A stretch of DNA of 64,000 nt from Candidatus Latescibacterota bacterium (GCA_965207885.1 OZ242311.1:672001-736000), one strand, 5' to 3'; positions 30,992-41,742 are shown, counted from the stretch's first letter. The notes: generated from the letters alone by a model not told the origin. Made by a program: numbers and translations.

Positions 30992-32705
30992 AGGACTATC
31001 CGAACGGATACGCGGCCAGCCATACGCGATGCTTTCGTTGTGCGCTTTTGGTGTGGCCGCCTATCTGTGTCTGGTGAATTTGGACTACGCTGGCTTGTGG
31101 CACGACGAGGGAGTGGTATCGTTTATCGGCAAGAATTTGCTGGAACAGGGCGATATCGTCGGCTGGGATGGTCGCAATTTGGTGGGCGGTACCAATGGAA
31201 ATGCCTTGAATGAAGATTTGCGCGACGTTGCGCCGCCGGTGCAGTATTTCCTTACTGCGACGGGGTTCGCCATCTTTGGCGTCAACGAGATCGGCGCACG
31301 GGTGTTGCACGCGCTGGCAGGGATATTCGCGCTGGGATTTTTCTACCTGATTCTGCGGCAACAACTGTCCGACAGTCCGCGTTTGGTGTTTTTTATTTTT
31401 CTTTTTTCTGCATGGTCCGTACAATTGTTGTTGTATTTTCGGCAGGCACGCTATTACGGTATCGTTGTGTTGTGCCTGATGGCGGGTTTTTATTTTTATG
31501 AACGCTACTGGCAAACCAAAAAGCCCGTTTGTCTCGCTGCGGTGACGCTTATTTCCGCACTCGCGTTTTTCAGTCACTACGCCGGTGGGACGGCGATGAT
31601 GCTTTCGCTGGCTGCGTATCACCTCATTTTTCGCAGGCGGGAGACCGCGAAGCGGGAGTGGGTGACTTTTGGGTGTTGCGGTATCGCGGTGGGCGCACTC
31701 GGCTCGGCGTATCTCATGTTTATTGGGCTGATCGGTGGTGGGCGCGATCCAATGGCATCGTTTCTCACCGCGGATTTCGGGGAATATCAAGGCGCAGTAC
31801 CCCTGTTTCTTCTCAAAGTCTGGATTTGCGTGCGCGATTTGTTCGCCGCAGATTGGATTTCGTGGACTGTGTTTCTCTGGTTTATGGTATTTCTCGTCTA
31901 TCGAAAGTCCGTTGTGCGGTCGCGCAGGCGTTCTGGACGGAGGAGGCGCACGGAAGTACGTGGCGAGGACCTGCCCGTGACTGCGGTGGGCAAAATCGTC
32001 CTTTTGGGCGCGTTGTTCGCGTTATTTGCGGCATTGCTCACGCAACAGCCGGTCTGGTTGCCTGGGGTGGTCCTCGATTTCCGCTACTATGTGGCGGCGT
32101 TGCCCCTGCTCCTGGCGATGAAGGGGTTGTTTGCCGAATGGGTATGGCGCAAGTCGAGAATCGCCAGTGGGGCGGTCATCGCTGTCTTGCTGTTTACGAG
32201 CGCGGGAGCTGCGCCGTTTAATATAACGATGGCTTTTACTGGAGAACGAACGCTTGGGGTACACTTTTTCCCATTTATCCGCGAAATTCATCGACCTTAC
32301 CCCGATGCCATACAAGGGGCTTCCGATTATCTGTTGCAACACGCCGAACAGGATGACCAGGTGTATGTTCCGGGTTTTGCTGACCGCGAGGTGCTGACGT
32401 TCTACACTGGGCATCGCGTTCTGTTTTGCGGTGTGCTCAAAGAGGATTCGTCCTTGCCGCGTGCTCGCGTGGAGGCATTGCGCAAGTCTCTTTACACTGG
32501 GCAATGTAGTCCCGACTGGATCGCGGTTTTCGGACCGTTGTCGAGAGAATACTGGAATAATATCAAGGCGCACTACGCCGTGGCCACTGTATTGGATGTC
32601 CATTATTATCCGACACAAAGGCCCGAAATTCCATGGCACGCCTTTGAACCCCTGCCGGCACGGGGTGGTGTGCATATTTTTCGCCGTAAGAGTACCGATC
32701 CTTGA
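30978..32705 (+). CDS. GT-C glycosyltransferase, ArnT/PMT-like (GT39/83-like)
   Basis: LWHDE after TM1, GVNEIGAR, RQARYY; multi-TM. Confidence 0.75.
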   Translation: MVNVKGLSERIRGQPYAMLSLCAFGVAAYLCLVNLDYAGLWHDEGVVSFIGKNLLEQGDIVGWDGRNLVGGTNGNALNEDLRDVAPPVQYFLTATGFAIFGVNEIGARVLHALAGIFALGFFYLILRQQLSDSPRLVFFIFLFSAWSVQLLLYFRQARYYGIVVLCLMAGFYFYERYWQTKKPVCLAAVTLISALAFFSHYAGGTAMMLSLAAYHLIFRRRETAKREWVTFGCCGIAVGALGSAYLMFIGLIGGGRDPMASFLTADFGEYQGAVPLFLLKVWICVRDLFAADWISWTVFLWFMVFLVYRKSVVRSRRRSGRRRRTEVRGEDLPVTAVGKIVLLGALFALFAALLTQQPVWLPGVVLDFRYYVAALPLLLAMKGLFAEWVWRKSRIASGAVIAVLLFTSAGAAPFNITMAFTGERTLGVHFFPFIREIHRPYPDAIQGASDYLLQHAEQDDQVYVPGFADREVLTFYTGHRVLFCGVLKEDSSLPRARVEALRKSLYTGQCSPDWIAVFGPLSREYWNNIKAHYAVATVLDVHYYPTQRPEIPWHAFEPLPARGGVHIFRRKSTDP

Positions 32706-32767
32706 GGCCTGCGAAAGTCCGTGCTGTGATATTCGGGTGACAATTTTTATTGGACTTGATTCAGGAT

Positions 32768-33868
32768 ATGAATACCAGCGATTCCAGCATAGCGATCCAC
32801 CCGGATCCCATCATTGCGGGCGATATAGCCCGGATTATATCTTCCGATCTCGAGTGGTGCCGTTTGGCGGGGTGCTCGGTTCTGATTACGGGGGCGACTG
32901 GTTTTTTGCCCGCCTATCTCGTCGAGGTTGTCCTGGCTCTTCGGCATTATCCCGCGCTCGTAGGGAACGATCCGCCGCGGGTTGTTGCTCTGGTGCGGTC
33001 GGAAGATCGCGCGCGGGCCAAATTTGGACGTCATTTGCAGGATCCCAATTTTACGCTTCTGGTGCAGGATGTTTGTACGCGGTTGCCCGTCGATATCCGG
33101 CCTGATTTTATTATTCACGCGGCGAGTCCGGCAAGTCCCAAATACTACCGGGACGATCCGGTCGGTACTATAGGGCCCAATACGGTGGGTACTGAATACC
33201 TTCTTGAGCGCGCCACAGATGTGGATGCAAAGGGTTTTTTGTTTTTTAGTTCGTCGGAGATATATGGCGATCTGCCGGAGACTATGATTCCGACGGGGGA
33301 GTCCGATGTGGGTGTGCTGGATCCGATTGATCCGCGCAACTGTTACGCCGAGTCGAAGCGTTTGGGCGAGGCGCTGTGCATTGCCTATCACCGGCAGTTC
33401 GGGGTTGCGGCTTCGATTGTGCGGCCTTTCCATGTGTATGGACCGGGCATGCGGTTTGACGATGGGCGCGTGTTCGCGGATTTTGCCGCCGCTGTTGTGC
33501 AGGGTCGGGATATTGAACTTCTGAGCGCGGGTACGGCGCGTCGGTCATTTTGTTATTTGGGGGATGCAATCGAGGGGTTTTTCCGCATTTTGTTGTGCGG
33601 TGAGTCCGGGACGGCGTATAATCTCGGCAATCCCGATTGCGAAGTTTCGATTGCAGAATTGGCGGAGATACTGACTGCGCTTTATCCCGAGAAGGGTTTG
33701 AAGGTGATCCGCGCTGTCCGGAAAGCAGGGGATCCCTATATGCCGAGTAAGGTCGAGCGGTCGTGTCCAGATATTGGGCGACTCAGGTCGCTTGGATGGA
33801 GGCCCTCGATTGATATTGGGACGGGATTTCGACGCGCTATCGATAGTTTGTCTTTGGGTGCTTTGTAA
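32768..33868 (+). CDS. NAD-dependent epimerase/dehydratase (extended SDR, UDP-glucuronate decarboxylase-like)
   Basis: TGATGFL, HAASPASP, SSSEIYG, YAESKR, RSFCY. Confidence 0.88.
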   Translation: MNTSDSSIAIHPDPIIAGDIARIISSDLEWCRLAGCSVLITGATGFLPAYLVEVVLALRHYPALVGNDPPRVVALVRSEDRARAKFGRHLQDPNFTLLVQDVCTRLPVDIRPDFIIHAASPASPKYYRDDPVGTIGPNTVGTEYLLERATDVDAKGFLFFSSSEIYGDLPETMIPTGESDVGVLDPIDPRNCYAESKRLGEALCIAYHRQFGVAASIVRPFHVYGPGMRFDDGRVFADFAAAVVQGRDIELLSAGTARRSFCYLGDAIEGFFRILLCGESGTAYNLGNPDCEVSIAELAEILTALYPEKGLKVIRAVRKAGDPYMPSKVERSCPDIGRLRSLGWRPSIDIGTGFRRAIDSLSLGAL

Positions 33869-34806
33869 TGAAGGATTTGGATATCCAGGCGCTTTGTGAT
33901 CTGCGGCTGGCTTATGAGCGAGGTGATCTGGATCGGCAGAAGTTCTGGGAATTGATGCGGGATTACCATCTTCGTTTGCGCGCCTATCTGCCGCTTTTGG
34001 CAAAGGGCGAGGTCGCGTCCATACAGATCGGTGAGACGGGTTTGATCGCTCAGCTCAAGTCGGGGTTGAAATTTTTCTGGAATCCCGAGAATCTTCGAGA
34101 GCCTGTTTCCGAGGCGATCAATCACGGTGCTTATGAACGGTTTGCCGGTCGCGTGATTGTCCGATGCGCCAGGCGCGCTTCTCTCTCGGTTGACGCTGGC
34201 GCGAATATAGGCTGGTATTCGGTTAAGATGGCAATGGGGGGTGGACGGGTTATTGCCTATGAACCGGTGGGGGATACAGCCGCGGTGTTGAAGGCGAATA
34301 TCGCGCTCAATGGCTTTTCTGATCGCATAACTGTGATATCTCAGGGTCTCGCCGCCCGTCCGGGTCAGGGCGAAATTTTTTTGCCGCGGGATACGGGGCA
34401 TGTCGGTGCCTCGCTGCGGGAGTTGCATCCCGGGGAGATGGGTCGCAAGTTGACTGTTCGTCTGACGACGCTCGACGAGTCTCTGCAGGGCAATACGGGG
34501 GTTCCGCTCGATCTTTTGAAGTGCGATGTAGAAGGTGCAGAGTTGATGGTTCTGCAAGGGGGGGCTGGGGTTATAGCGCGCGACCGACCGGTACTGTTTT
34601 TGGAGCTTCTCCGCAAGTGGTCGGCTGCGTTTGGCTATCATCCCAACGAGGTGATTGCATGGACGAAAGCTCTCGGCTATGACTGCTGGGCGGTTGGTGA
34701 AGGGCAGCTTCGGTACTGTGAAACGATTGCGGATGATACCGTTGAGACGAATTTTTTGTTTGTGCAGTTAGAGCGCGATGCCGCGCTGATTGAGGGGTTG
34801 ACTTAG
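33868..34806 (+). CDS. FkbM family methyltransferase
   Basis: [25 protein letters not shown]. Confidence 0.9.
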   Translation: MKDLDIQALCDLRLAYERGDLDRQKFWELMRDYHLRLRAYLPLLAKGEVASIQIGETGLIAQLKSGLKFFWNPENLREPVSEAINHGAYERFAGRVIVRCARRASLSVDAGANIGWYSVKMAMGGGRVIAYEPVGDTAAVLKANIALNGFSDRITVISQGLAARPGQGEIFLPRDTGHVGASLRELHPGEMGRKLTVRLTTLDESLQGNTGVPLDLLKCDVEGAELMVLQGGAGVIARDRPVLFLELLRKWSAAFGYHPNEVIAWTKALGYDCWAVGEGQLRYCETIADDTVETNFLFVQLERDAALIEGLT

Positions 34807-34816
34807 GGGGTTGCGT

Positions 34817-36148
34817 ATGTCTTCATTGGAGAATTCCGGATCGAGAGCGGATGTGCTGCGGTCCGAGATATTGAGGCTTACAGCAGAGTATGCCGCGCTG
34901 GCTCATCCTCCGGGTGTATTTGATGCCGAGCGCAGTCCGGTTCCGGTTTCGGGACGGGTGTACGGTGGGGAGGATATGGTGTCGCTGGTCGATTCTGCAC
35001 TCGATTTCTGGCTTACTACGGGGCGGTTCAATGCGGAGTTCGAGCGGCGGCTTGGCGATTTTCTGGGGCGCAAGCATGTGCTTACTGTCAATTCTGGATC
35101 TTCTGCCAATCTGGTTGCGTTCGCTTCCCTGACGTCGCATTTGCTCAGGGATCGCGCACTGCGGGCGGGCGACGAGGTCATTACGTGTGCGACCGGATTT
35201 CCGACGACGGTGAATCCCATCATGTTATATGGTATGGTGCCGGTTTTTGTCGATGTGGATATTCCTACTTATAATATTGATCCTTCAGGGCTGGAAGAAG
35301 CTGTTACCGATAAGACCAGGGCGATTATGCTGGCGCATACGCTGGGCAACCCATTTGATCTGGGGCGCGTGATGGAGGTCGCCGATCGCCACGATTTGTT
35401 CGTGATTGAAGATTGTTGCGACGCGCTCGGCGCGCGCTATGACGGTCAACTCGTGGGTACTTTTGGGGCTATTGGGACGCTGAGTTTTTATCCGGCGCAT
35501 CACATCACGATGGGCGAAGGTGGTGCCGTGTTCACGAATAGAGCCATTTTGCGCCGGGCTATGGAGTCGATTCGCGACTGGGGCAGGGATTGCTTTTGCG
35601 CGCCGGGTATGGACAATACTTGTGGTCGCCGGTTTGATTGGCAACTCGGCAATCTGCCGTATGGGTTCGACCATAAATACATTTACTCACATCTCGGTTT
35701 TAATTTGAAGATTACGGATATGCAGGCCGCTGTTGGGGTGGCACAGCTTTCTCATCTGGACGGGTTTCTCGAGAAGCGGCAGCACAATGCGGAACGGTTG
35801 TTGCGCGGTCTCGCTCCGCTTCGGGAATATTTTATTTTGCCCGAAGCGACGCCGGGTAGCGAACCGTCCTGGTTCGGATTGCCCCTTACCGTGCGCGATG
35901 GCGCGCCTTTTTCCCGCGACGAACTGGTGCGGCATCTAAATGCGCGGCGAATAGGTACTCGCTTTCTCTTTGGCGGCAATCTGGTGCATCAACCCTATAT
36001 GATTGGCAGGGAATACCGGGTCGCTGGCGATCTGGACAATGCGGATGTTGTTATGAATCGGACGTTCTGGATTGGCGTTTATCCCGGTCTGGACGATGCC
36101 CACATTGATTATATGCTCGAAGTGATTGCCGATTTTGTGCGCGTTTGA
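34817..36148 (+). CDS. rfbH: CDP-4-keto-6-deoxyglucose 3-dehydrase (E1)
   Basis: [57 protein letters not shown]. Confidence 0.93.
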   Translation: MSSLENSGSRADVLRSEILRLTAEYAALAHPPGVFDAERSPVPVSGRVYGGEDMVSLVDSALDFWLTTGRFNAEFERRLGDFLGRKHVLTVNSGSSANLVAFASLTSHLLRDRALRAGDEVITCATGFPTTVNPIMLYGMVPVFVDVDIPTYNIDPSGLEEAVTDKTRAIMLAHTLGNPFDLGRVMEVADRHDLFVIEDCCDALGARYDGQLVGTFGAIGTLSFYPAHHITMGEGGAVFTNRAILRRAMESIRDWGRDCFCAPGMDNTCGRRFDWQLGNLPYGFDHKYIYSHLGFNLKITDMQAAVGVAQLSHLDGFLEKRQHNAERLLRGLAPLREYFILPEATPGSEPSWFGLPLTVRDGAPFSRDELVRHLNARRIGTRFLFGGNLVHQPYMIGREYRVAGDLDNADVVMNRTFWIGVYPGLDDAHIDYMLEVIADFVRV

Positions 36149-36159
36149 GGACATGTGCT

Positions 36160-37137
36160 ATGACGGCGAGAAAAAAAATCGGCATTGTCACGCCTTGCTA
36201 CAATGAAGAAGATACCGTCGATGAGTGCCATGCGACGGTGAAAGCCCTGTTTGCTGGTCCTCTATCTGATTATGCCTATGAACACCTTTTTTGTGACAAC
36301 TGTTCTACAGACGCTACGCTTGAGCGATTGAAAGTCATTGCCAGTGCCGATGCCAATGTGCGGGTGATTGCCAATTCGCGGAATTTTGGGGCTTTTCGCA
36401 ATTTGTTCAATGGCACGATGGCTGTTGGCGGGGATGCTGTGGTGCCGTTTTTGCCGGCTGATCTGCAGGACCCTCCTGATCTTTTGCCCACTTTTGTCCA
36501 GCATTGGGAAGATGGATATAAGGTGGTCTATGGTATTCGCGCCAATCGGGAGGAGTCGTGGCCGATGCGTACTATGCGCCGGTGGTTTTACAAGTTGGTC
36601 AACCACTGGTCGCCTTTTGAGATTCCCCAAAATGCCGGGGAGTTTCAGTTGATTGATCGCGTTGTGGTGGAGAATCTCCGCGCTTTTGACGACCACTTTC
36701 CCTATTTGCGAGGGATGATTGCCTATTGTGGTTTTGATTCGATTGGCGTGCCCTATACTTGGAAGAAGCGCGGGCGCGGTTTGTCCAAGTCATCGGCGTC
36801 TTCGCTGATTGAAGACGGGTTGAACGGTCTCATTTCTTTTAGTATGATGCCTATCCGGATCGCGCTGTTCGCCGGGTTTTCTCTGGCGTCACTCAGCATT
36901 CTGGTCGCTTTGATTATGCTGATTATCAATTTGATCTACTATAGAGAATTGGCGCCGCCCGGGATTCCACTGCTGACTGTTTCTCTGTTTTTTTTCGCTG
37001 GTTTCCAGCTTTTTTTTATGGGTCTTCTCGGCGAGTATATTCTCGCTATCCATTCCCAGGTGCGCCGCCGCCCATTGGTGATTGAACGAGAGCGCGTAAA
37101 TTTTTCGGATGATTCGCAACGGGAACAAGAGGTATAA
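36160..37137 (+). CDS. GT2 polyprenol-phosphate glycosyltransferase (GtrB/ArnC-like)
   Basis: PCYNEE, SRNFG, ADLQDPP, two C-terminal TM helices. Confidence 0.88.
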   Translation: MTARKKIGIVTPCYNEEDTVDECHATVKALFAGPLSDYAYEHLFCDNCSTDATLERLKVIASADANVRVIANSRNFGAFRNLFNGTMAVGGDAVVPFLPADLQDPPDLLPTFVQHWEDGYKVVYGIRANREESWPMRTMRRWFYKLVNHWSPFEIPQNAGEFQLIDRVVVENLRAFDDHFPYLRGMIAYCGFDSIGVPYTWKKRGRGLSKSSASSLIEDGLNGLISFSMMPIRIALFAGFSLASLSILVALIMLIINLIYYRELAPPGIPLLTVSLFFFAGFQLFFMGLLGEYILAIHSQVRRRPLVIERERVNFSDDSQREQEV

Positions 37138-37195
37138 ATGGTGAGACGACGAGATACGCGAATTGCCGAGGATGATCGGCGGATTGGAAGCGCGC

Positions 37196-38872
37196 ATGGG
37201 TAAGGGCACGCGGAGAGGTAGGCGCCGGGGTAGGCGAGAACGCACACGCGCTTTGACTTTGCGATCTTTGCCGGATATACTGCTGCATCCACAGGGGACC
37301 GATGCACCTGTTTGGAAATACTTCGTCCCCATATTGGTGCTGGCGTTTGCGGCACGCGCCGCTATCGTTCTTTCCGGCGACTTTTTTTTACATGCTGACG
37401 AACTCTATCAAATCCTGGAGCAGGGGCATCGCCTCGCTTTTGGCAATGGGTTAGTCCCCTGGGAGCACTTCTACGGCGTACGTCCATTGCTGCTACCTGT
37501 GGTGATCGCGGGGATGTTGATGGTGTTCGATGCACTCGGCCTTGGTCAACCGGTGTGGTATGTGGATGGCGTCAAATTGCTGTTTTGTGCGATTTCCCTG
37601 TTGATTCCAGCGGGAATGTACTTTTTTGCACGACAGCATTTTGGCGAAACTACGGGGCGGATCGCGCTGTTGGTCGGGGCGTTTTGGTACGAATTTGTCG
37701 GTTTTGCACACAAGCCGATGGCTGAATTTGTGGCAACCGAACTCCTGATGGTTGCGCTCGCTGTTTGTGTATATCCCTCGTGGGACAAGACCAGGATAAA
37801 AATTTGGTTGCTGGCATTTCTGCCGGTCGTGCTGGCGGCTGTGCGCATACAATACACACCAATCGCGTTTATGCTGCTCGGCCTGTTCTTTTTGCGCACA
37901 GAAAGGAAAATAGAGTTCGGGATGGTTGTGGTTGCGTCTGTGCTTATGGTTGGCGTGTTTGATGCAGTAACATGGGGTGGCGAGTTATTTCACTCTTATA
38001 TCTCCTATTTTCGCTACCACAATGCATATCAAACACTTGTTGCCAGTCACACCGCTAACTATCCCGGTTACCAATATTTGATTTGGCTGGCGATTGCCAG
38101 TGTCGGGTTGGGTTTGCTGTGCGTTGCACTGGCTCTGCGGGATGTGCGTCGCTACGGATTCCTGTTGGCACTGCTGATCGCGCTCGTGGTCTTGCACTCG
38201 GTGCCGGGCCACAAGGAATATCGCTATATCTTTCTCGCCCTTCCCCTCTGTCTCATGATCGGTGCAGACATTGTGGCGCAGTTCACAATGAGCCGCAAGT
38301 ACCTGTGCGCGGCTGTGGTGTTTGTCGTTGTTTCAGTGGGCGGCTTTTTAGAGCGGTTGCCGTATCAAGACAGGATGTATCTGGCGTTCTTTGGGCAAGA
38401 ACCGCGTAAAGTCGGCTTCATTGACAAGCAGGATCTGATTTTAGACGCTCAGCTATATCTTTTCGATGCCTACCGTTATCTCGCCCATGCGCCCGATGTG
38501 GTCGGGGTATGGCAGCTCGATAAGGCTTATGTTTCAACACCGGGGTATTATTATCTACACCAAAAAGTGCCGTTCTATGACCATGAAACAGGCATGGAGC
38601 ATGTAGGCACCAATTTGCAAAAGATACTTACCTCGGTCAGTCACATTGTATCTCTACAGGACAATTCCATACCCGCCTATGTGCTGGAAAAAAAATTTGG
38701 CCCTGTGCGGATTTATTGCCGGGAGCAAAAAGATCTGGCCGTGCGTCAGTGGGAACACTATACGCCTGTTTTTGGGGAGGATTTCGCAAAGCTTATGCTC
38801 AGGGCAGATTCCGACGCGCGTCCTTTTCCGCCCAACGCGGGCATTCGCTTTGTAGATGAAGATCGGCGTTGA
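37196..38872 (+). CDS. GT-C membrane glycosyltransferase, PIG-B/Alg9-like; paralog of 25362..27005
   Basis: HADELYQILEQGHRLAFG, AHKPMAEFVAT, HKEYRY; colinear with first copy. Confidence 0.78.
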   Translation: MGKGTRRGRRRGRRERTRALTLRSLPDILLHPQGTDAPVWKYFVPILVLAFAARAAIVLSGDFFLHADELYQILEQGHRLAFGNGLVPWEHFYGVRPLLLPVVIAGMLMVFDALGLGQPVWYVDGVKLLFCAISLLIPAGMYFFARQHFGETTGRIALLVGAFWYEFVGFAHKPMAEFVATELLMVALAVCVYPSWDKTRIKIWLLAFLPVVLAAVRIQYTPIAFMLLGLFFLRTERKIEFGMVVVASVLMVGVFDAVTWGGELFHSYISYFRYHNAYQTLVASHTANYPGYQYLIWLAIASVGLGLLCVALALRDVRRYGFLLALLIALVVLHSVPGHKEYRYIFLALPLCLMIGADIVAQFTMSRKYLCAAVVFVVVSVGGFLERLPYQDRMYLAFFGQEPRKVGFIDKQDLILDAQLYLFDAYRYLAHAPDVVGVWQLDKAYVSTPGYYYLHQKVPFYDHETGMEHVGTNLQKILTSVSHIVSLQDNSIPAYVLEKKFGPVRIYCREQKDLAVRQWEHYTPVFGEDFAKLMLRADSDARPFPPNAGIRFVDEDRR

Positions 38873-38904
38873 TCTGTTGCTTTGATGGAGGGTGGGAGAT
38901 TTTT

Positions 38905-39720
38905 ATGAACATTGAAGACATCGCCACATTTGCCGCGGGGATTCGCCGCCACGCCCTGTGTATGGTGCATCACGCGGGGGCTTCGCATATCGGTACCTGT
39001 TTGTCTATGGCCGATTTGCTGGCGGTGCTGTATTGCCGCACGCTGAGGATTGATCCGCGGCGGCCCGATTGGCCGGGGCGCGACCGATTTGTTTTGAGCA
39101 AGGGGCACGGTACCGCGATTTTGTATGCGGCGCTGGCAGAGCGCGGGTTTTTTCCGGTGGAATGGTTGGACCGCTATTGCGCGGATGGTTCTCCTTTGAC
39201 CGGGCATATCAACCATCTGGGCGTGCCGGGGGTGGAGGTGTCAACGGGTTCGCTTGGGCACGGGCTTTCTATCGGCTGTGGCATGGCATTGGCCGGGCGC
39301 GCGGCGTCCGATCCGTACCGCTGTTTTGTTTTGCTGAGTGACGGAGAGTGCGACGAGGGGTCTATCTGGGAGGCGGCGCTTTTTGCTCCGCACCATCGGC
39401 TCGGCAATTTGACGGTTATAATTGATTATAATAAGATTCAGAGTTTTGGCACGGTTGCAGAGGTTCTCGACCTGGAGCCGCTTGCAGATAAGTGGCGGGC
39501 TTTTGGCTGGCGGGTTTTGGAGATTGACGGTCACGATCTGGTCGCTATTGAAGACGCTTTGCACGGTGTGGATGCCAGTGCGGATCGTCCCCTGGCGTTG
39601 ATCGCGCATACGGTGAAGGGCAAGGGCGTGAGTTTTATGGAGGACGATTTGCTCTGGCATTACCGCAATCCCGATGACGATCAACTCGCCGCGGCACTGC
39701 GAGAGGTGGGGGGTGCGTGA
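38905..39720 (+). CDS. Transketolase-like protein, N-terminal (TPP-binding) subunit
   Basis: RDRFVLSKGH, STGSLGHG, SDGECDEGSIWEA, TVKGKG. Confidence 0.92.
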   Translation: MNIEDIATFAAGIRRHALCMVHHAGASHIGTCLSMADLLAVLYCRTLRIDPRRPDWPGRDRFVLSKGHGTAILYAALAERGFFPVEWLDRYCADGSPLTGHINHLGVPGVEVSTGSLGHGLSIGCGMALAGRAASDPYRCFVLLSDGECDEGSIWEAALFAPHHRLGNLTVIIDYNKIQSFGTVAEVLDLEPLADKWRAFGWRVLEIDGHDLVAIEDALHGVDASADRPLALIAHTVKGKGVSFMEDDLLWHYRNPDDDQLAAALREVGGA

Positions 39721-40646
39721 TGCGGACGATGTTTATTAATACGTTGCTGGAACTGGCTGACGAGGATGATCGCATCTTTTTGTTGTGCGGGGATCTGGGT
39801 TATTCTGTGCTGGAGCCGTTTTTCGAGCGGTTTCCCGACCGGTTTGTCAATGTGGGGGTTGCCGAGCAGAATATGATCGGTATTGCAGCCGGGCTGGCGC
39901 AGGGCGGCTATGTCGCGTTTTGCTATTCTATTGCAAATTTTCCGACGTTGCGCTGTCTCGAGCAGATCAGGAATGATGTTTGCTATCACGATTGCAATGT
40001 TACTGTTGTGTCTGTCGGAGGGGGCGTGGCTTATGGTGCCCAGGGGTATAGCCATCACGCGGTTGAAGATCTGGCGGTGATGCGGGCGTTGCCGAATATG
40101 GTGGTGGCCGCGCCGGGCGATCCCTTAGAGGTTCGCGCGTTGAACCGTGCGCTGGTCGATCATCCGGGTCCGGGGTTTTTGCGCCTGGGCAAGGCGGGCG
40201 AAGCGATTTTGCACGATGCGGTGCCATCGCTTGAGATGGGAGAGGTGATCGAGATGCGAGATGGGGACGATGTGGTCCTGCTGAGTACTGGTGGCATGCT
40301 GGAAACTGCATTGCAGGTCGCCGATCAGCTCGCCCAACAGGGCATTGATGCGGGGGTGACGAGTGTGCCATTTCTCAAGCCGCTGAATACGGCTTATGTC
40401 ACCGAGGCTGCGCGACGGGCCGCGCTTTTGTGTACGCTCGAAGAGCACGGGCCTATAGGTGGCCTGGGCGAAGCCGTGGCGTCTTGTCTGGCGCAGTTGG
40501 CAGGAGACCGCGCCGCGTTGTTGCCATTTAGCCTGCCAGAGGGCAGCACAAAAGGCGTGTCTGGCGATCAACACTATTTGCGGGCACGCGGCGGTCTCGA
40601 TCTCGATAGCATTTTCGCGGCTGTTACCGACGCCATTCGTCTTTGA
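39720..40646 (+). CDS. Transketolase-like protein, C-terminal subunit
   Basis: NVGVAEQNMIG, RCLEQIRND, SHHAVED, EEH...GGLG. Confidence 0.92.
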   Translation: MRTMFINTLLELADEDDRIFLLCGDLGYSVLEPFFERFPDRFVNVGVAEQNMIGIAAGLAQGGYVAFCYSIANFPTLRCLEQIRNDVCYHDCNVTVVSVGGGVAYGAQGYSHHAVEDLAVMRALPNMVVAAPGDPLEVRALNRALVDHPGPGFLRLGKAGEAILHDAVPSLEMGEVIEMRDGDDVVLLSTGGMLETALQVADQLAQQGIDAGVTSVPFLKPLNTAYVTEAARRAALLCTLEEHGPIGGLGEAVASCLAQLAGDRAALLPFSLPEGSTKGVSGDQHYLRARGGLDLDSIFAAVTDAIRL

Positions 40647-40666
40647 CTTTCGCCTTTGACTTTCAT

Positions 40667-40752
40667 CACTGGATAGAATCATTCCAGTGCAGGCTCTGTC
40701 CATCCTCTCATCCTGCCCATCACTGGATAGAATCACTCCAGTGCAGGCTCTG
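40667..40752. repeat. Tandem pair of hairpins (family D)
   Basis: CACTGGATAGAATCA(T/C)TCCAGTGCAGGCTCTG twice; loop related to family C. Confidence 0.7.
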
Positions 40753-40917
40753 ATCCTATTTGCTTTTGTTCTTTCCCTGTATTCTTTATATTCCTTATAT
40801 ATATTGAGGTTGAATTGAAATAAATGAGGCAGTTATTTTTCCCCAAACACAACAGGTTCAGGTATGGCCCTGCAAACCGTCCAGTTGATTGTTCACATTC
40901 ACTGAGGAGGTATCCCA

Positions 40918-41460
40918 ATGGCTGAGGTTGACGAAAGCCGTATTGAAACAGCTATTGAAACGATGTCCAAACAATTTGAGGGATACCATGAAACTCAGAT
41001 TGGCATATTTGAGAGGTTAGACGCCCATCGCGCGGTTCAGGATGAGGTGTTAAAGCGGTTGGACAAACAGATAACGCAGAATGAGGAACGCATCCGCCAG
41101 AATGAAATAGCTATCGCCAACCTTGACAAGCGTCTTGTGAGACTGGAAACAACGGTTGATCGTATTGACAACGCGGTAATGGAGATTCAAAAAGAGCAAA
41201 AAGAATTGAGAACTTATGTGGATAATAGGTTCGATAGGGTTGATGAGCGTTTTGATGCGATGGGGTTGCGTACGGATGTCAAGTTTAATAAGATTGATGA
41301 GAAGTTCGATAAGGTTGATGAGCGTTTCGATGCGATGGGGTTGCGTATGGACAATAGATTTGATGCGCTTGCGACGCGGATATATTGGAGTGCGGGCATT
41401 GTGACTGCTTGCCTGACAATCGTGTTGGCAATTATGACGTATATTTTGAAAGTTCTTTAA
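40918..41460 (+). CDS. Coiled-coil protein with C-terminal TM helix (DUF1640/Bdr-like)
   Basis: GAGGAGG RBS; heptad pattern; VDERFDAMGLR repeated; hydrophobic tail. Confidence 0.7.
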   Translation: MAEVDESRIETAIETMSKQFEGYHETQIGIFERLDAHRAVQDEVLKRLDKQITQNEERIRQNEIAIANLDKRLVRLETTVDRIDNAVMEIQKEQKELRTYVDNRFDRVDERFDAMGLRTDVKFNKIDEKFDKVDERFDAMGLRMDNRFDALATRIYWSAGIVTACLTIVLAIMTYILKVL

Positions 41461-41505
41461 GAAGCTGGAATTTTACCATAATCCAGAAGATTTTGACTTT
41501 ATGCT

Positions 41506-41662
41506 GTCATTGCGGCGTGCAGTTAGCCGCAATCCAGAGATTTTGCCTTTGCTTTTCGCCTTTCATTCGTGTTCATCTGTGGATGCCTTTCGCCTTTGCC
41601 CTTGCCTTTCGCCTTTGCCTTTAATCCTGTCCATCCTTTCATCCTGTAAATCCTGATTCTGA
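41506..41662 (+). repeat. Family A palindrome (41506-41537), GCCTTT hexamer run and ATCCTG motif
   Basis: Directly visible. Confidence 0.7.
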
Positions 41663-41713
41663 TTGTGTTTGCATTTCTTTTTTATTATCATATCATTATG
41701 ATACAAAAAACGC

Positions 41714-41742
41714 TTGACACTATGTTTTTGATTGCATATAAT
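41714..41742 (+). promoter_or_regulatory. Consensus sigma70 promoter
   Basis: TTGACA-N17-TATAAT with AT-rich upstream region. Confidence 0.85.

Noticed and set aside
38905-40646. Housekeeping pentose-phosphate transketolase
   Set aside because: Split type embedded in a CDP-sugar cluster; a sugar-modifying role is more likely, though unproven.
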